Source: Acidimicrobiales bacterium (GTDB lineage Bacteria; Actinomycetota; Acidimicrobiia; Acidimicrobiales; CADCSY01). Taken from it: a DNA stretch of 45,592 nt. A program made the position numbers and the translations under genes. The notes under the pieces were generated by a model. The model saw only the letters and a program-made list of their open reading frames with translations. It was not told the origin of the DNA and did not search any database. Within the stretch, counting starts at the first letter, position 1. Each line of letters opens with the position of its first letter. Location: positions 1-45,592 of the forward strand of contig JBPCJK010000151.1 in NCBI GenBank assembly GCA_051005375.1, in the 5' to 3' direction. Positions 7,691 to 16,761 of this stretch are shown piece by piece.

Positions 7691-7880
7691 GCCGGCCGAC
7701 CCTGATCTCGTCATCGGGCCCGGGACGCAAGTCGTTGCCTCCGGGGGCGGCAGCACCAGCGACACGGTCACGCCGGTGGAGGCAGCGGGCGCAGCTGGAC
7801 TCCTCGCCGCCGGTCTGGCGGTGGCCTGGACGGCCAGTGGCAGGCGCCAGCCCAGAGATACGCCTGGGTAGCCTCGTCCC
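7691..7880. repeat. direct repeat copy 2 (~190 bp), orphan 3' fragment of membrane protein gene
   Basis: ORF 7650..7871 ends ...DPDLVIGPGTQVVASGGGSTSDTVTPVEAAGAAGLLAAGLAVAWTASGRRQPRDTPG, nearly identical to the C-terminus of 5464..6180. It has no corresponding N-terminal part. Confidence 0.85.
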
Positions 7881-8333
7881 ATGATGCCCGTCCTCTTCCG
7901 GGAGCGGATCCCCGAGATGGAGGCATGGCTCGCTGATCGAAGAGAGCGCCGGGCCGACTGGCGCGACGAGGTGTGGGAGGGAACCTACGTCGTGGCACCA
8001 GCACCGCACCAACGCCACGGCCGGATCGCCGCTCGACTGATCGCCCGCCTGGTGCCCGCCGCCGACGCCGTGGGCCTGGAGGTCGCCGACCTGGCCAACG
8101 TCGGTGGGCCGGATGACTACCGGATCCTTGATGCCGTCGTCTACCGGGCCGAGGCCGGGGACCGCTCCGAGCCCTACCTGGCTTCAGTCGAGCTCATCGT
8201 GGAGATCCGCTCCCCCGGGGAGGATCCGGTGGCGAAGCTGCCGTTCTACCGGCGGCACGATGCCGGTGAGGCGGTGCTCGTCGATCCGGAAACGGCCACC
8301 GTTCAATGGCTCGCCATCCAAAGAGACGAGTAG
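7881..8333 (+). CDS. Uma2 family (DUF820) restriction-endonuclease-fold protein
   Basis: 150 aa. WEGTYVVAPAPHQRHGRIAARLIARL... and ...VELIVEIRSPGE... fit the Uma2 pattern (PD-(D/E)xK-like core). Confidence 0.75.
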   Translation: MMPVLFRERIPEMEAWLADRRERRADWRDEVWEGTYVVAPAPHQRHGRIAARLIARLVPAADAVGLEVADLANVGGPDDYRILDAVVYRAEAGDRSEPYLASVELIVEIRSPGEDPVAKLPFYRRHDAGEAVLVDPETATVQWLAIQRDE

Positions 8334-8406
8334 GCCCCCGTCGACCACAGCGACGTGCTCGGCGTCGACGTGGCCGAACTTGTCACCGACCTCCTGAGAT
8401 GAGGGG

Positions 8407-10461
8407 TCAGGCTCCGCGGCGACGGCCGCCACTCCGGCCGGTGGAGCGGCGCCGGTCGAGGAAGTCGACGAGCACGTAGTCGCCCAGGTCCTCCGGAGTG
8501 GTGAAGAAGGCCCGGCCCCGGTTGAGGCGGGTGAGCTGCTCGACGAAGTGGCGCAGCTCGTGGGTGGCGTCGAGCACGAAGGTGTTGATGCGGATGCCCT
8601 CAGCGGTGCAGCGGTTGACCTCCGTCAGGGTGGCGTCGACCGTCTCCCGAACGGGCGGGTAGTTGAAGAAGGGCTCGACCATGCCCGCCTCGAAGTGGGC
8701 GGTGGGCTCCCCGTCGGTGATCATGACCACCTGCCTGGTACCTGACTGGCGGGAGAGCAGGCGCCGGCTGAGTGCCAGCCCGTGTTGGATGTTGGTGCCG
8801 TAATCGAAGTCCCACGAAACCTCGGGCAGGCGCTCCGGGCGCAGCTCCCGGGCCACCTTGCCGAAGGTGACCATGCCCAGGAAGTCGCGGGGGAACTGGC
8901 TGGAGATGAGGGCGTGCAGGGCCATCGCCACCTTCTTGGCGGCGAGGAAGTTGTCGCGCATGGCCATCGACAACGACACGTCGAGCATGACCACGGTGGC
9001 TGCCCGGGTGGCGAGCTCAGTTTGCTCCACCTCGAAGTCGGCGGGCTCTAGACGCACGGGGGTGCCACCGCCCGATCGCTGGATGGCGTTGCCGAGGCTG
9101 CGGTGGATGTCGAGGTTGAACGGATCACCGAACTCGTAGGGCTTGGACTGGTAGGCCCGCTCGTGACCCACCCCAAGCCGGGGCACCTCGTGGCGACCAA
9201 GGGTGTCGGCGCCGAGGCGGGCGAACAGCTCGTCCAGAGCGTGGGCGCCGATGCGGCGGGTGCCCCGGGGGGTGAGCTGGTAGCGGCCTTCCCGCTGCTC
9301 GATGAACCCGGCGTCGCTCAGCATCTTTGCCACCTCGGTCATGCGCTCCAGGCTGAGGGCGGCGTCCTCCCCCAGGAGCTGGCTGGCGCGCTCCAGGTCG
9401 ACCTCGGCCAGGGCGCCGGGGTTGACCGCCCCGGCCATGAGCTGCTCGAGCTGGTCGAGATCGCCGAGCTCGGCCAGCACCTCGGCGGCCTCGCCCCAGG
9501 TGAGCGGATCGGCCCCGCTGAAGTCGTACCGGCGGTCCCAGCCGGCATCGGGGAAGGCGGCCCGCAGGTTGGCGCCGAGCTGGTCCATCTGCCAGCGCAG
9601 GTCCATGTCATCCAGGAGCGCCTCGGACAGCCCCTGGAGCTGGGCCCGCTGCTCGGGCGTCATGGAGTTGAGCATGGCGGCCATGGCGGCCATGCGCCGG
9701 GCCATGACCTCGAGCAGCTCGTCGAGGGTTCGGGGGTTCTCGGGGAAGAGGTCGCCGTAGCGGGACATGAAGCCGTCGAAGTCGGGCTCTTCGCCACGGC
9801 GGATTATCGCCGTAGGTGGTGCAGAGCCCCGGGCCCGCTGCTCCAGCATGGCGTTGAGCTCGGCCAACATGTCCTTGGTGCGGGCCATCTCCTCGGGCGA
9901 GACCTCGCCCATGGCCCCGGCCATCTGGTTGAACCACGACTGGGCCAGCTGCTGGCGGAGCTCGTCGACCAGGGTCTCAAAGCGCTGGCGGGCCTCGGGT
10001 GAGGCGAAGTCGTAGCCCGAAAGCTCGCGCACCTGGCCGGCCAGGTCGGGAGGGAGCAGGTCGAGCTGCATCCGCCGCGCCGCGGCCGCCTCCCCCACCA
10101 CCTCCTGGCGCCGACGGTCGCCCGACGCCTGAGCGGCCTCCTCCAGGGCGTCGAGGCTGGCCCATTCGACTTCAATCACCTCCCGCAGCCGCTCCGCGAT
10201 GTCCTCGTAGACCCCGCCGAGGTCGCGCTCCTCCAGGCGCTCCCGGCGTTGACGGCGGAGACGCTCGAGCAACTCGCGCATCCCCTGCACCTGCTGCCCG
10301 GAACGGTCGCGGAAACCCGACTGCAACATGCGCCGAAGGGCGGCGTTGGGGTCGCCGTGGTGGGTGAGGTCGTCGGCCAGGTTGGCCATGATGGCGTCGG
10401 CGTCGAGGTCGAACCCCCGCTGGGAGCCGTCCCACCGCGAGTAGCGCGCGCCCCGGCCCAC
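8407..10461 (-). CDS. VWA domain-containing protein (ChlD/CoxE-like partner of the adjacent AAA+ ATPase)
   Basis: 684 aa. N-terminal YSRWDGSQRGFDLDAD, a long helical middle, and a C-terminal VWA with MIDAS-like VVMLDVSLSM...ITDGEPTAH. Located 46 nt downstream of the ATPase gene. Confidence 0.85.
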   Translation of the reverse strand: MGRGARYSRWDGSQRGFDLDADAIMANLADDLTHHGDPNAALRRMLQSGFRDRSGQQVQGMRELLERLRRQRRERLEERDLGGVYEDIAERLREVIEVEWASLDALEEAAQASGDRRRQEVVGEAAAARRMQLDLLPPDLAGQVRELSGYDFASPEARQRFETLVDELRQQLAQSWFNQMAGAMGEVSPEEMARTKDMLAELNAMLEQRARGSAPPTAIIRRGEEPDFDGFMSRYGDLFPENPRTLDELLEVMARRMAAMAAMLNSMTPEQRAQLQGLSEALLDDMDLRWQMDQLGANLRAAFPDAGWDRRYDFSGADPLTWGEAAEVLAELGDLDQLEQLMAGAVNPGALAEVDLERASQLLGEDAALSLERMTEVAKMLSDAGFIEQREGRYQLTPRGTRRIGAHALDELFARLGADTLGRHEVPRLGVGHERAYQSKPYEFGDPFNLDIHRSLGNAIQRSGGGTPVRLEPADFEVEQTELATRAATVVMLDVSLSMAMRDNFLAAKKVAMALHALISSQFPRDFLGMVTFGKVARELRPERLPEVSWDFDYGTNIQHGLALSRRLLSRQSGTRQVVMITDGEPTAHFEAGMVEPFFNYPPVRETVDATLTEVNRCTAEGIRINTFVLDATHELRHFVEQLTRLNRGRAFFTTPEDLGDYVLVDFLDRRRSTGRSGGRRRGA
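9793..9827. repeat. 35-nt palindrome-containing repeat, copy 1 (inside VWA CDS)
   Basis: GCCACGGCGGATTATCGCCGTAGGTGGTGCAGAGC. 31 of 35 identical to 36066..36100, including a 22-nt exact run. Core hairpin ACGGCG-GATTAT-CGCCGT. Confidence 0.8.
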
Positions 10462-10507
10462 ACGACGAGGCTATCGAGCGCCAGGTCCGTCGTGGCTTTG
10501 GGGCTGG

Positions 10508-11923
10508 TCACCGGCGGGAGCGGTAGACGTCCCGGCCGCCCGAGGCGGCATCCTTGTTGAGCCGCTTGGCCAAGTGCAGGCCCTCGAGGAGGAACTCCAC
10601 CGCCGAGGCCACAACCGCCGGGCTCTCGGTCCCGCCGGCGAGCGCCGACACCGGGGCCCGCAGGCCGGGCACGTCGGCGAGCAGCGTGACGTAGGCCGAA
10701 GAAGCCACGTCGTCGCCGACGTGCACCACTCGGCCACCGTTGAAGGCCGCGACCAGGTCACTCATGGTCTCCATGCCCACCCGGCGACGGAACACGGTCA
10801 GCACCGCCGCCGAGAACAGGTCGTCCACCACCGCCTGGTCACGACCCTCGTCGAGGGTCTCGATCTCGATCTTGCCGACAGTGGATGCCGTGAGGGCGTC
10901 AAGGTCGCTGACCCGGGGGACCACCTCGGGCTCGCCCAGGCGCAGCGCCCGACGGGCGGCGTTGGCCACCAAGGTCTCCTGGTTGGCCACCGTCAGGCGC
11001 ACCGACACCCCGGAACGCTGGTTGACGTGGGGACTCGAGCGGGCCAGGTGCGACACCGTGGCCACCACCTCAGTCAGCACCTCGGGTACCGTGACCGGAC
11101 GGCCGTCGACCTGCATGGGCCGGGCCTCCTGGTCGGCGATGGCGACCTCGGTCTCCACGTCGACGGGGTAGTGGGTCCGGATCTGGGAACCGAAGCGGTC
11201 CTTGAGGGGGGTGATGATGCGGCCCCGGTTGGTGTAGTCCTCGGGGTTGGCCGACGCCACCAGCATCACGTCGAGGGGCAGGCGGACCTTGTAGCCCCGA
11301 ACCTGCACATCTCGCTCCTCGAGCACGTTGAGCAGGCCCACCTGGATGCGCTCTGCCAGGTCGGGGAGCTCGTTGATGGCGAAGATCCCCCGGTTGGTAC
11401 GGGGGACGAGCCCGTAGTGCAACGTCGACTCGTCGGCCAGGTAGCGGCCCTCGGCCACCTTGATGGGGTCGACCTCGCCGATGAGGTCGGCGATGGAGGT
11501 GTCGGGCGTGGCCAACTTCTCCCCGAAGCGGCGATCACGGTGCACCCACTCGACGGGCGTGGCGTCACCCTTGTCGGCCACCAGGTCACGAGCGTGGCGA
11601 GACACCGGTGCGTAAGGGTCGTCGTTGATCTCCGAGCCGGCCACGACGGGAAGCCATTCGTCGAGCAGGCCGACCAGGCTGCGGATGATCCGGGTCTTGC
11701 CCTGGCCCCGCTCGCCCAAGAAGATGATGTCGTGGCCCGCCAGGAGGGCATTCTCGAGTTGGGGCAGGACGGTCTCGTCATATCCCAGCAACCCGGCCAG
11801 CAATGGCTGGCCCGCCTGGATGCGGGCTATGGCGTTGCCCCGCACCTCGTCCTTGACCGACGAGGAGGCCCAACCGGAGTCCCGTAGCTGGCCCAGGGTG
11901 GCGGGAGGCGACGACATCGCCAC
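10508..11923 (-). CDS. AAA+ ATPase, Mg-chelatase ChlI-like / sigma54-interaction-domain family
   Basis: 471 aa. Walker A FLGERGQGKTR, Walker B/sensor region GIFAINELPDL, LLNVLEERDVQVRGY, VASANPEDYTNRGRIITPLKDRFG. Paired with the VWA gene. Confidence 0.85.
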   Translation of the reverse strand: MAMSSPPATLGQLRDSGWASSSVKDEVRGNAIARIQAGQPLLAGLLGYDETVLPQLENALLAGHDIIFLGERGQGKTRIIRSLVGLLDEWLPVVAGSEINDDPYAPVSRHARDLVADKGDATPVEWVHRDRRFGEKLATPDTSIADLIGEVDPIKVAEGRYLADESTLHYGLVPRTNRGIFAINELPDLAERIQVGLLNVLEERDVQVRGYKVRLPLDVMLVASANPEDYTNRGRIITPLKDRFGSQIRTHYPVDVETEVAIADQEARPMQVDGRPVTVPEVLTEVVATVSHLARSSPHVNQRSGVSVRLTVANQETLVANAARRALRLGEPEVVPRVSDLDALTASTVGKIEIETLDEGRDQAVVDDLFSAAVLTVFRRRVGMETMSDLVAAFNGGRVVHVGDDVASSAYVTLLADVPGLRAPVSALAGGTESPAVVASAVEFLLEGLHLAKRLNKDAASGGRDVYRSRR

Positions 11924-11956
11924 AACGCTAGCGGCGGCCCCTCGGGGTAGCGTCCG

Positions 11957-14113
11957 GTGATGGAGCTGGCCCCGCCCGTCGACCTAGGTGGTACGTGGCG
12001 GGTGGCGGAGGCCGGTGAAGAGCTGCGCCGGGAGTTCTGCTCGCCCGACTACCACGACGATGGGGGCGACCGCTGGCATGACATGACCGTCCCCGGCCAC
12101 TGGCGGTCCACGGCCTCCTTCGCCGACAGCGACGGCCCCCTGCTGTACCGGCGCCGCTTCGACTACCCCCCTCCCGACGAAGGCACCCGGGCCTGGCTCT
12201 GCCTCGACGGCGTGTTCTACCAGGGCGACGTGTGGCTCGACGGTGACTACGTGGGCGACACGGAGGGGTACTTCGTGCGCCGGGGCTTCGAGATCACCGA
12301 GGCGCTTCGAGCCCGCACCGAGCACCTGCTCGGCGCCGAGGTGGCCTGTGCACCCGAGACGGACCTCACCGCCAAGCACAACGTCACCGGCGTGTTCCAG
12401 CACTGGGACTGCCTGGACCCGACCTGGAACCCGGGGGGGATCTGGCGGCCGGTGCGCATCGAGCTCACCGGCCCGGTACGGGTGCGCTACCTCCGGGTGC
12501 TGTGCAGATCGGCCGACGTCGACCAGGCGGTGGTGTCGATCCGTGCCCAGTTCGACTGCGACGGCTTCCGTCAGGTGGTGGTGCGAACGTCGCTCGCCGG
12601 CGTCGAGCAGGTGGTCGATCACACCCTGGCCGAAGGCGCCAACCTCGTGGAGTGGACGGTGACCGTGGCCAAGCCGGAGCTGTGGTGGCCCCACGCCCTC
12701 GGCGACGCCCTCCTGCACCTGCTGCGCATCGAGGTCGACGTCGACGGGCAGACCAGTCACGCTGTCGAGCGCCGCATCGGCCTGCGCTCTCTGCGGTGGC
12801 AGGACTGGACCCTGTCGGTCAACGGTGAGCGCCTCTTCCTCAAGGGGGCCAACCTGGGCCCGACCCGCATGGCCCTCGGCGAGGCCACCGCCGAGGAGCT
12901 CCGGGGCGACGTGACCCTGGCCCGGGAGGCTGGCCTCGACCTGCTGCGCCTCCACGCCCACATCAGCCGGCCCGAGCTCTACCAGGCGGCTGACGAACAA
13001 GGGATGTTGATCTGGCAGGACTTCCCACTGCAGTGGGGCTACGCCCACACCGTGCGGCCCCGGGCTGTCCACCAGGCCCACGTCGCCGTCGAAGCGCTCA
13101 GTCACCACCCGTCCGTCGCACTGTGGTGCGCCCACAACGAGCCGCTGGCCATCGACCCCCGCTTCGACGAGCAGCGCAGCCGGGGCGACGTCATCCGGGT
13201 GTTGGCCCGCTTCGCCGCCAAGCAGGAGCTGCCCAACTGGAACAAGACGATCCTCGACCGCTCGGTCAGGCGGGCCCTCGTCGAGAACGACGGGACCCGG
13301 CCGGTGCTGTCCCACTCCGGGACGCTGCCCCGCCCCGGCTCGGTCGGCGGCGACAGCCACCTCTACTTCGGCTGGTACTACGGCGACGAGCGGGACCTCC
13401 CCGGACTGTGCCGCGCCTGGCCCCGCCTGGCCCGCTTCGTGAGCGAGTTCGGCGCCCAGGCCGTTCCTGACAACGCCGAGTTCTGCGAACCGGAGCGATG
13501 GCCCGACCTGGACTGGGCCCGACTGGCCCGCACACACAACCTCCAGAAGGGCCGCTTTGACCGCTACGTCCCCCCTGCCGACTTCGCCTCGTTCGACGAG
13601 TGGCGCGCCGCCACCCAGGCCTACCAGGCCAGCCTGGTCAAGCACCACGTCGAGACCCTGCGCCGGCTCAAGTACCACCCCACCGGCGGGTTCTGCCAGT
13701 TCGCCTTGGGCGACGGGCACCCCGGCGTCACCTGGGCCGTGCTCGACCACCTGCGGGCGCCCAAGGCCGGCTACCACGCCCTGGCCGAGGCGTGCCGGCC
13801 GGTGATCGTGGTGGCCGAGCGCCCGCCGGCCACGGTCAGGCCCGGCGACGCCGTCGCCCTCGACGTCCACGTGGTCAGCGACCTTCGGGTCGCCCTGGAC
13901 GAAGTCATGGTGGAAGCGCGTCTTTCGTGGCCGGAGGGTGAGCACCGCTGGCGCTGGCAGGGTGACATCGGGGCCGACGAGTGCGAGCGGGTGGGCACGG
14001 CGCAGTTCGTCGTCCCCGAGACCGCCGGTCCCCTTGTCCTCGGGCTGACCCTCACCGCCGGAGAGGTGACTGCCGCCAACCGCTACGAGTCGACCATCGC
14101 TGCGCCCGCGTAG
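11957..14113 (+). CDS. glycoside hydrolase family 2 (beta-mannosidase / exo-glucosaminidase-like)
   Basis: 718 aa. GH2 hallmarks are the acid/base region LWCAHNEP and the nucleophile region FVSEFGAQA, preceded by sugar-binding and Ig-like N-terminal domains. Confidence 0.8.
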   Translation: MMELAPPVDLGGTWRVAEAGEELRREFCSPDYHDDGGDRWHDMTVPGHWRSTASFADSDGPLLYRRRFDYPPPDEGTRAWLCLDGVFYQGDVWLDGDYVGDTEGYFVRRGFEITEALRARTEHLLGAEVACAPETDLTAKHNVTGVFQHWDCLDPTWNPGGIWRPVRIELTGPVRVRYLRVLCRSADVDQAVVSIRAQFDCDGFRQVVVRTSLAGVEQVVDHTLAEGANLVEWTVTVAKPELWWPHALGDALLHLLRIEVDVDGQTSHAVERRIGLRSLRWQDWTLSVNGERLFLKGANLGPTRMALGEATAEELRGDVTLAREAGLDLLRLHAHISRPELYQAADEQGMLIWQDFPLQWGYAHTVRPRAVHQAHVAVEALSHHPSVALWCAHNEPLAIDPRFDEQRSRGDVIRVLARFAAKQELPNWNKTILDRSVRRALVENDGTRPVLSHSGTLPRPGSVGGDSHLYFGWYYGDERDLPGLCRAWPRLARFVSEFGAQAVPDNAEFCEPERWPDLDWARLARTHNLQKGRFDRYVPPADFASFDEWRAATQAYQASLVKHHVETLRRLKYHPTGGFCQFALGDGHPGVTWAVLDHLRAPKAGYHALAEACRPVIVVAERPPATVRPGDAVALDVHVVSDLRVALDEVMVEARLSWPEGEHRWRWQGDIGADECERVGTAQFVVPETAGPLVLGLTLTAGEVTAANRYESTIAAPA

Positions 14114-14165
14114 GAGCCGAGCATGAGGGATGGCCTCTGGTAGGCTCTTTGGTACGCTAAGTAGT

Positions 14166-14570
14166 ATGACCAACGTGAGAAAAGTCACCCTGAGCCTGCC
14201 GGCGGAACTGGCGGCGAACATCGAGGACCGTCAGGCTGACAGCGGCGAAAGCCGCTCGGCGGCGGTGGCGGACCTGTGCTGGCGGGGTTGGTGGCAGTGG
14301 GACGAAGAGCGTCGCACCAGCCAGTCCGATGCCGCCTACACCGCTCTGCCCGAGAGCGACGAGGAGCAGGCGTGGGCCCGGGCGGCAGCCGACACCATGG
14401 CCGGTTGGGACCGGTGGGACGGGCCTGAGGCCCGCACCGTGATCGATGAGGAGCGGGAGGAGACCCTGGCCCAGGTCCGACGCCTGGCCGCCGAACCCGG
14501 GGCTTCCGCCTTTCGGGCGGCCCTTCGGGCGACCCTGGAGGAGCCACCGGCGGCCCGTGCTGCGGGCTGA
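14166..14570 (+). CDS. ribbon-helix-helix (CopG/MazE-like) antitoxin
   Basis: ATG at 14166 gives MTNVRKVTLSLPAELAANIEDRQADSGESRSAAVADL, an RHH-type N-terminus. Its stop overlaps the start of the downstream MazF-like gene. Confidence 0.6.
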   Translation: MTNVRKVTLSLPAELAANIEDRQADSGESRSAAVADLCWRGWWQWDEERRTSQSDAAYTALPESDEEQAWARAAADTMAGWDRWDGPEARTVIDEEREETLAQVRRLAAEPGASAFRAALRATLEEPPAARAAG

Positions 14571-14886
14571 TGTCTGGTGGGCGGCGTGGCCGCCTGGTCA
14601 ACGCCATCCCGTCCTGTTGCTCAGCTGGGACTCCGGCCGGGGTCGACGGACACAGGTGACCGTTGCCGAGGTCACCACGACCGTCCGGGGCCATGCCCAA
14701 GAGGTGGCCCTGGGGCTCGCCGACGGGATGCCCAGAGACTGCGTGGTCAACCTCGACCGCCTCGTCACCGTCCCCCGCCCGGTGCTGGCCCGCCGGATCA
14801 CCACGCTGACCGTCACCCGTATGGACGACGTGGAGCGGGCCATCCACCTCGCCCTCGGGATGCGCCTACCGTGCCGGACAAGCTGA
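14557..14886 (+). CDS. mazF: MazF/PemK family toxin (mRNA interferase)
   Basis: GTG at 14557 gives VLRADVWWAAWPPGQRHPVLLLSWD...VTVAEVTTTVRG...DCVVNLDRLVTVPRPVLARRITTL, the typical PemK/MazF pattern. Overlaps the antitoxin by 14 nt. Confidence 0.7.
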   Translation: MLRADVWWAAWPPGQRHPVLLLSWDSGRGRRTQVTVAEVTTTVRGHAQEVALGLADGMPRDCVVNLDRLVTVPRPVLARRITTLTVTRMDDVERAIHLALGMRLPCRTS

Positions 14887-14895
14887 TCCGATCTT

Positions 14896-16748
14896 TCAAC
14901 CGAGGAGGACCTGGGAGACGTCGGCCTCGGCCAGCCGGTCCTCGGTGTACGGCGGGCGTCTTCGACCAGCAGGGGCGCTCGCTTGAAGTCAAGGGTCCCC
15001 AGCCGTCCCACCGGCGGGCACAGGTAAAGGTCCAGGCCAGGGCGGGCCAGCAGATCCCGCTCGTTGAGCAGCCCGGCCAGCTCCACCGACCGCTGCAGGA
15101 TCGCCCCGATGCTGGGCGGGTCGACGTGCCCGGCCCTGCGCCGCACTCTGCGAGCCAGAACCAGCCATCCCGACAGCGTCGGCCCAACCACACCCCTCAT
15201 GCTGAGATCGACCTTGCGGCGCAGGTCCACCGCGATCACCCTCCCGCCCCCCAACGCCTGCTGCATCACGTCGATGGGCAGGTTGTTCAGCAGGCCGCCG
15301 TCGACCAACAGGTCGGCCCCGTGGGGCACGGGTGGGAGGACCCCCGGCAACGACACGCTCGCCCGAAGGGCGAGCGACAGGTCCCCGCGGTCGTGGACGA
15401 CCTGGACGGCCTTGGACAGGTTGGTCGAGACCGAGAAGAACCTGGTCCAGAGGTCCTCGATCGAGCGCCCGTCGGTCTCTTGGAGCATGAGCCGTTGCAG
15501 GCGGCGCCCTGAGGACATCGACACGAGCGGGAGGGTGGGCTGGATGATCAGTCGGGTGGAGAAGAACAGCGGCAGCTTGGCCAGGCGCTGGTCGTGGTCC
15601 CAGCCCATGGCGAACATGAAGGCAGCCACCGAGCCGATGCTGGTCCCCCCGACGGCGTCGATGGGCACGCCGCCCTCCTCGAGGGCCCGCACCACCCCCA
15701 GGTGGGCCGCGCCTCGTGCGCCGCCGCCACCGAACACCACGCCGACGCCCCGCTCGGTGGCGAGGCGAGCGAGGCGGCGGTAGTGGGCGGGCTAACCTTC
15801 TCGGAGGTGGTGGTGGCCGTCCACCTGGCGGCCCTGGAGCCACGCACTGGTCCCGGTCGGCTCAGCGACCCCCCGGCCGTGGAGCAGCACGAGCTCCCGC
15901 CGGGCACTGGTCGCCGCTCCGACGGGGGTGAGCAACTCCTCCTCGACCCGCCCGGGGCCGGGCGGGTCGCCGGCCCGGGCCACCAGGAGCACCCGGTCGG
16001 CCTGACGCAGGCAACGCCTGGTCCAGTTCGTGGGCGCGGGATCGGCCTCGAAGAGCACGTTGGCGGTGCTCCCGTTCGATGCGCTGCAGCCACTCGACGA
16101 TCCTGCCGTTGCGAGCATCGCCCGGCCCGATCTCCGCCGACCCCTGGCCGAGCTCGTGATCGATGGTGCGACTGGAGAGCAGGCGCAGCGGGCCGAACGG
16201 TGCCAAGGCACGAGCGAGCTCGTCGACGAAACCCCCGGGCAGCGCTTCGCCGCCGGCAGGCAGCACAGCCAGCGTCACCACTCCCCGCCTGGCGCCACTG
16301 CGTCCCTGCTCGTCCGAGAGGAGCAGCCTACGTACGAGCTGCCTCGCCAGCCGGAAGGGGACTTCGGGGTGCCACTCGGCGAACCGTTTCAGGCCAGCAC
16401 CCGACAGTCGCAGTAGCAGCGAGTCGCGCACAGCCTCGACCGAAGCGGCAGGCGCGAGGTCGGCGAGCAGGCCCCATGGCCGGCGGCAGCCTGCCCCTGG
16501 CGGATGACCACCTCCCCGGCGGCGACGTGGACGGGCTCGAGGTAGGGAAGCAGGCCGCGCAGCTCGTCGCGCGACATCCCCGCGAACGCCTGGGTGGACT
16601 CGAGGAAGTCGAAGACGTCGTCGTCGGCCAGGTCCGACCAGCTCTCGAGCAGGAACAGCAGGTGAGGGGCGCGCCGTCTGGTCCGGCCCGACAGGAGCTC
16701 GTCTCGCCCCCGCAGGCCTCCTGCCTCGCCTCCCCCCTCCTCTGGCAT
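14896..16748 (-). pseudogene. cNMP-binding / patatin-like phospholipase (NTE family), multiply disrupted
   Basis: The coding signal hops between four ORFs. 16748->16389 holds the cNMP-binding N-terminus (MSRDELRGLLPYLEPVHVAAGEVVIRQGQ). 16431-> holds VRDSLLLRLS...IVEWLQRIERE. 16211->15792 holds STANVLFEADPAPTNWTRRCLRQADRVLLV... 15740-> holds the patatin core VVFGGGGARGAAHLGV...GTSIGS...DGG. I infer frameshifts near 16473, 16070 and 14955, plus an in-frame TAG at 15792-15794. The restored C-terminus ...PPYTEDRLAEADVSQVLLG* would end at 14896. Confidence 0.7.
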
Positions 16749-16761
16749 GCCAGCGCCGTGA

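Noticed and set aside
14598-14895. Extension of the patatin ORF to 14598, overlapping mazF on the opposite strand.
   Set aside because: The translation after ...LLVEDA turns into Arg/Ser/Thr-rich nonsense. A one-base correction near 14955 gives a plausible C-terminus ending at 14896, 10 nt from the mazF stop.
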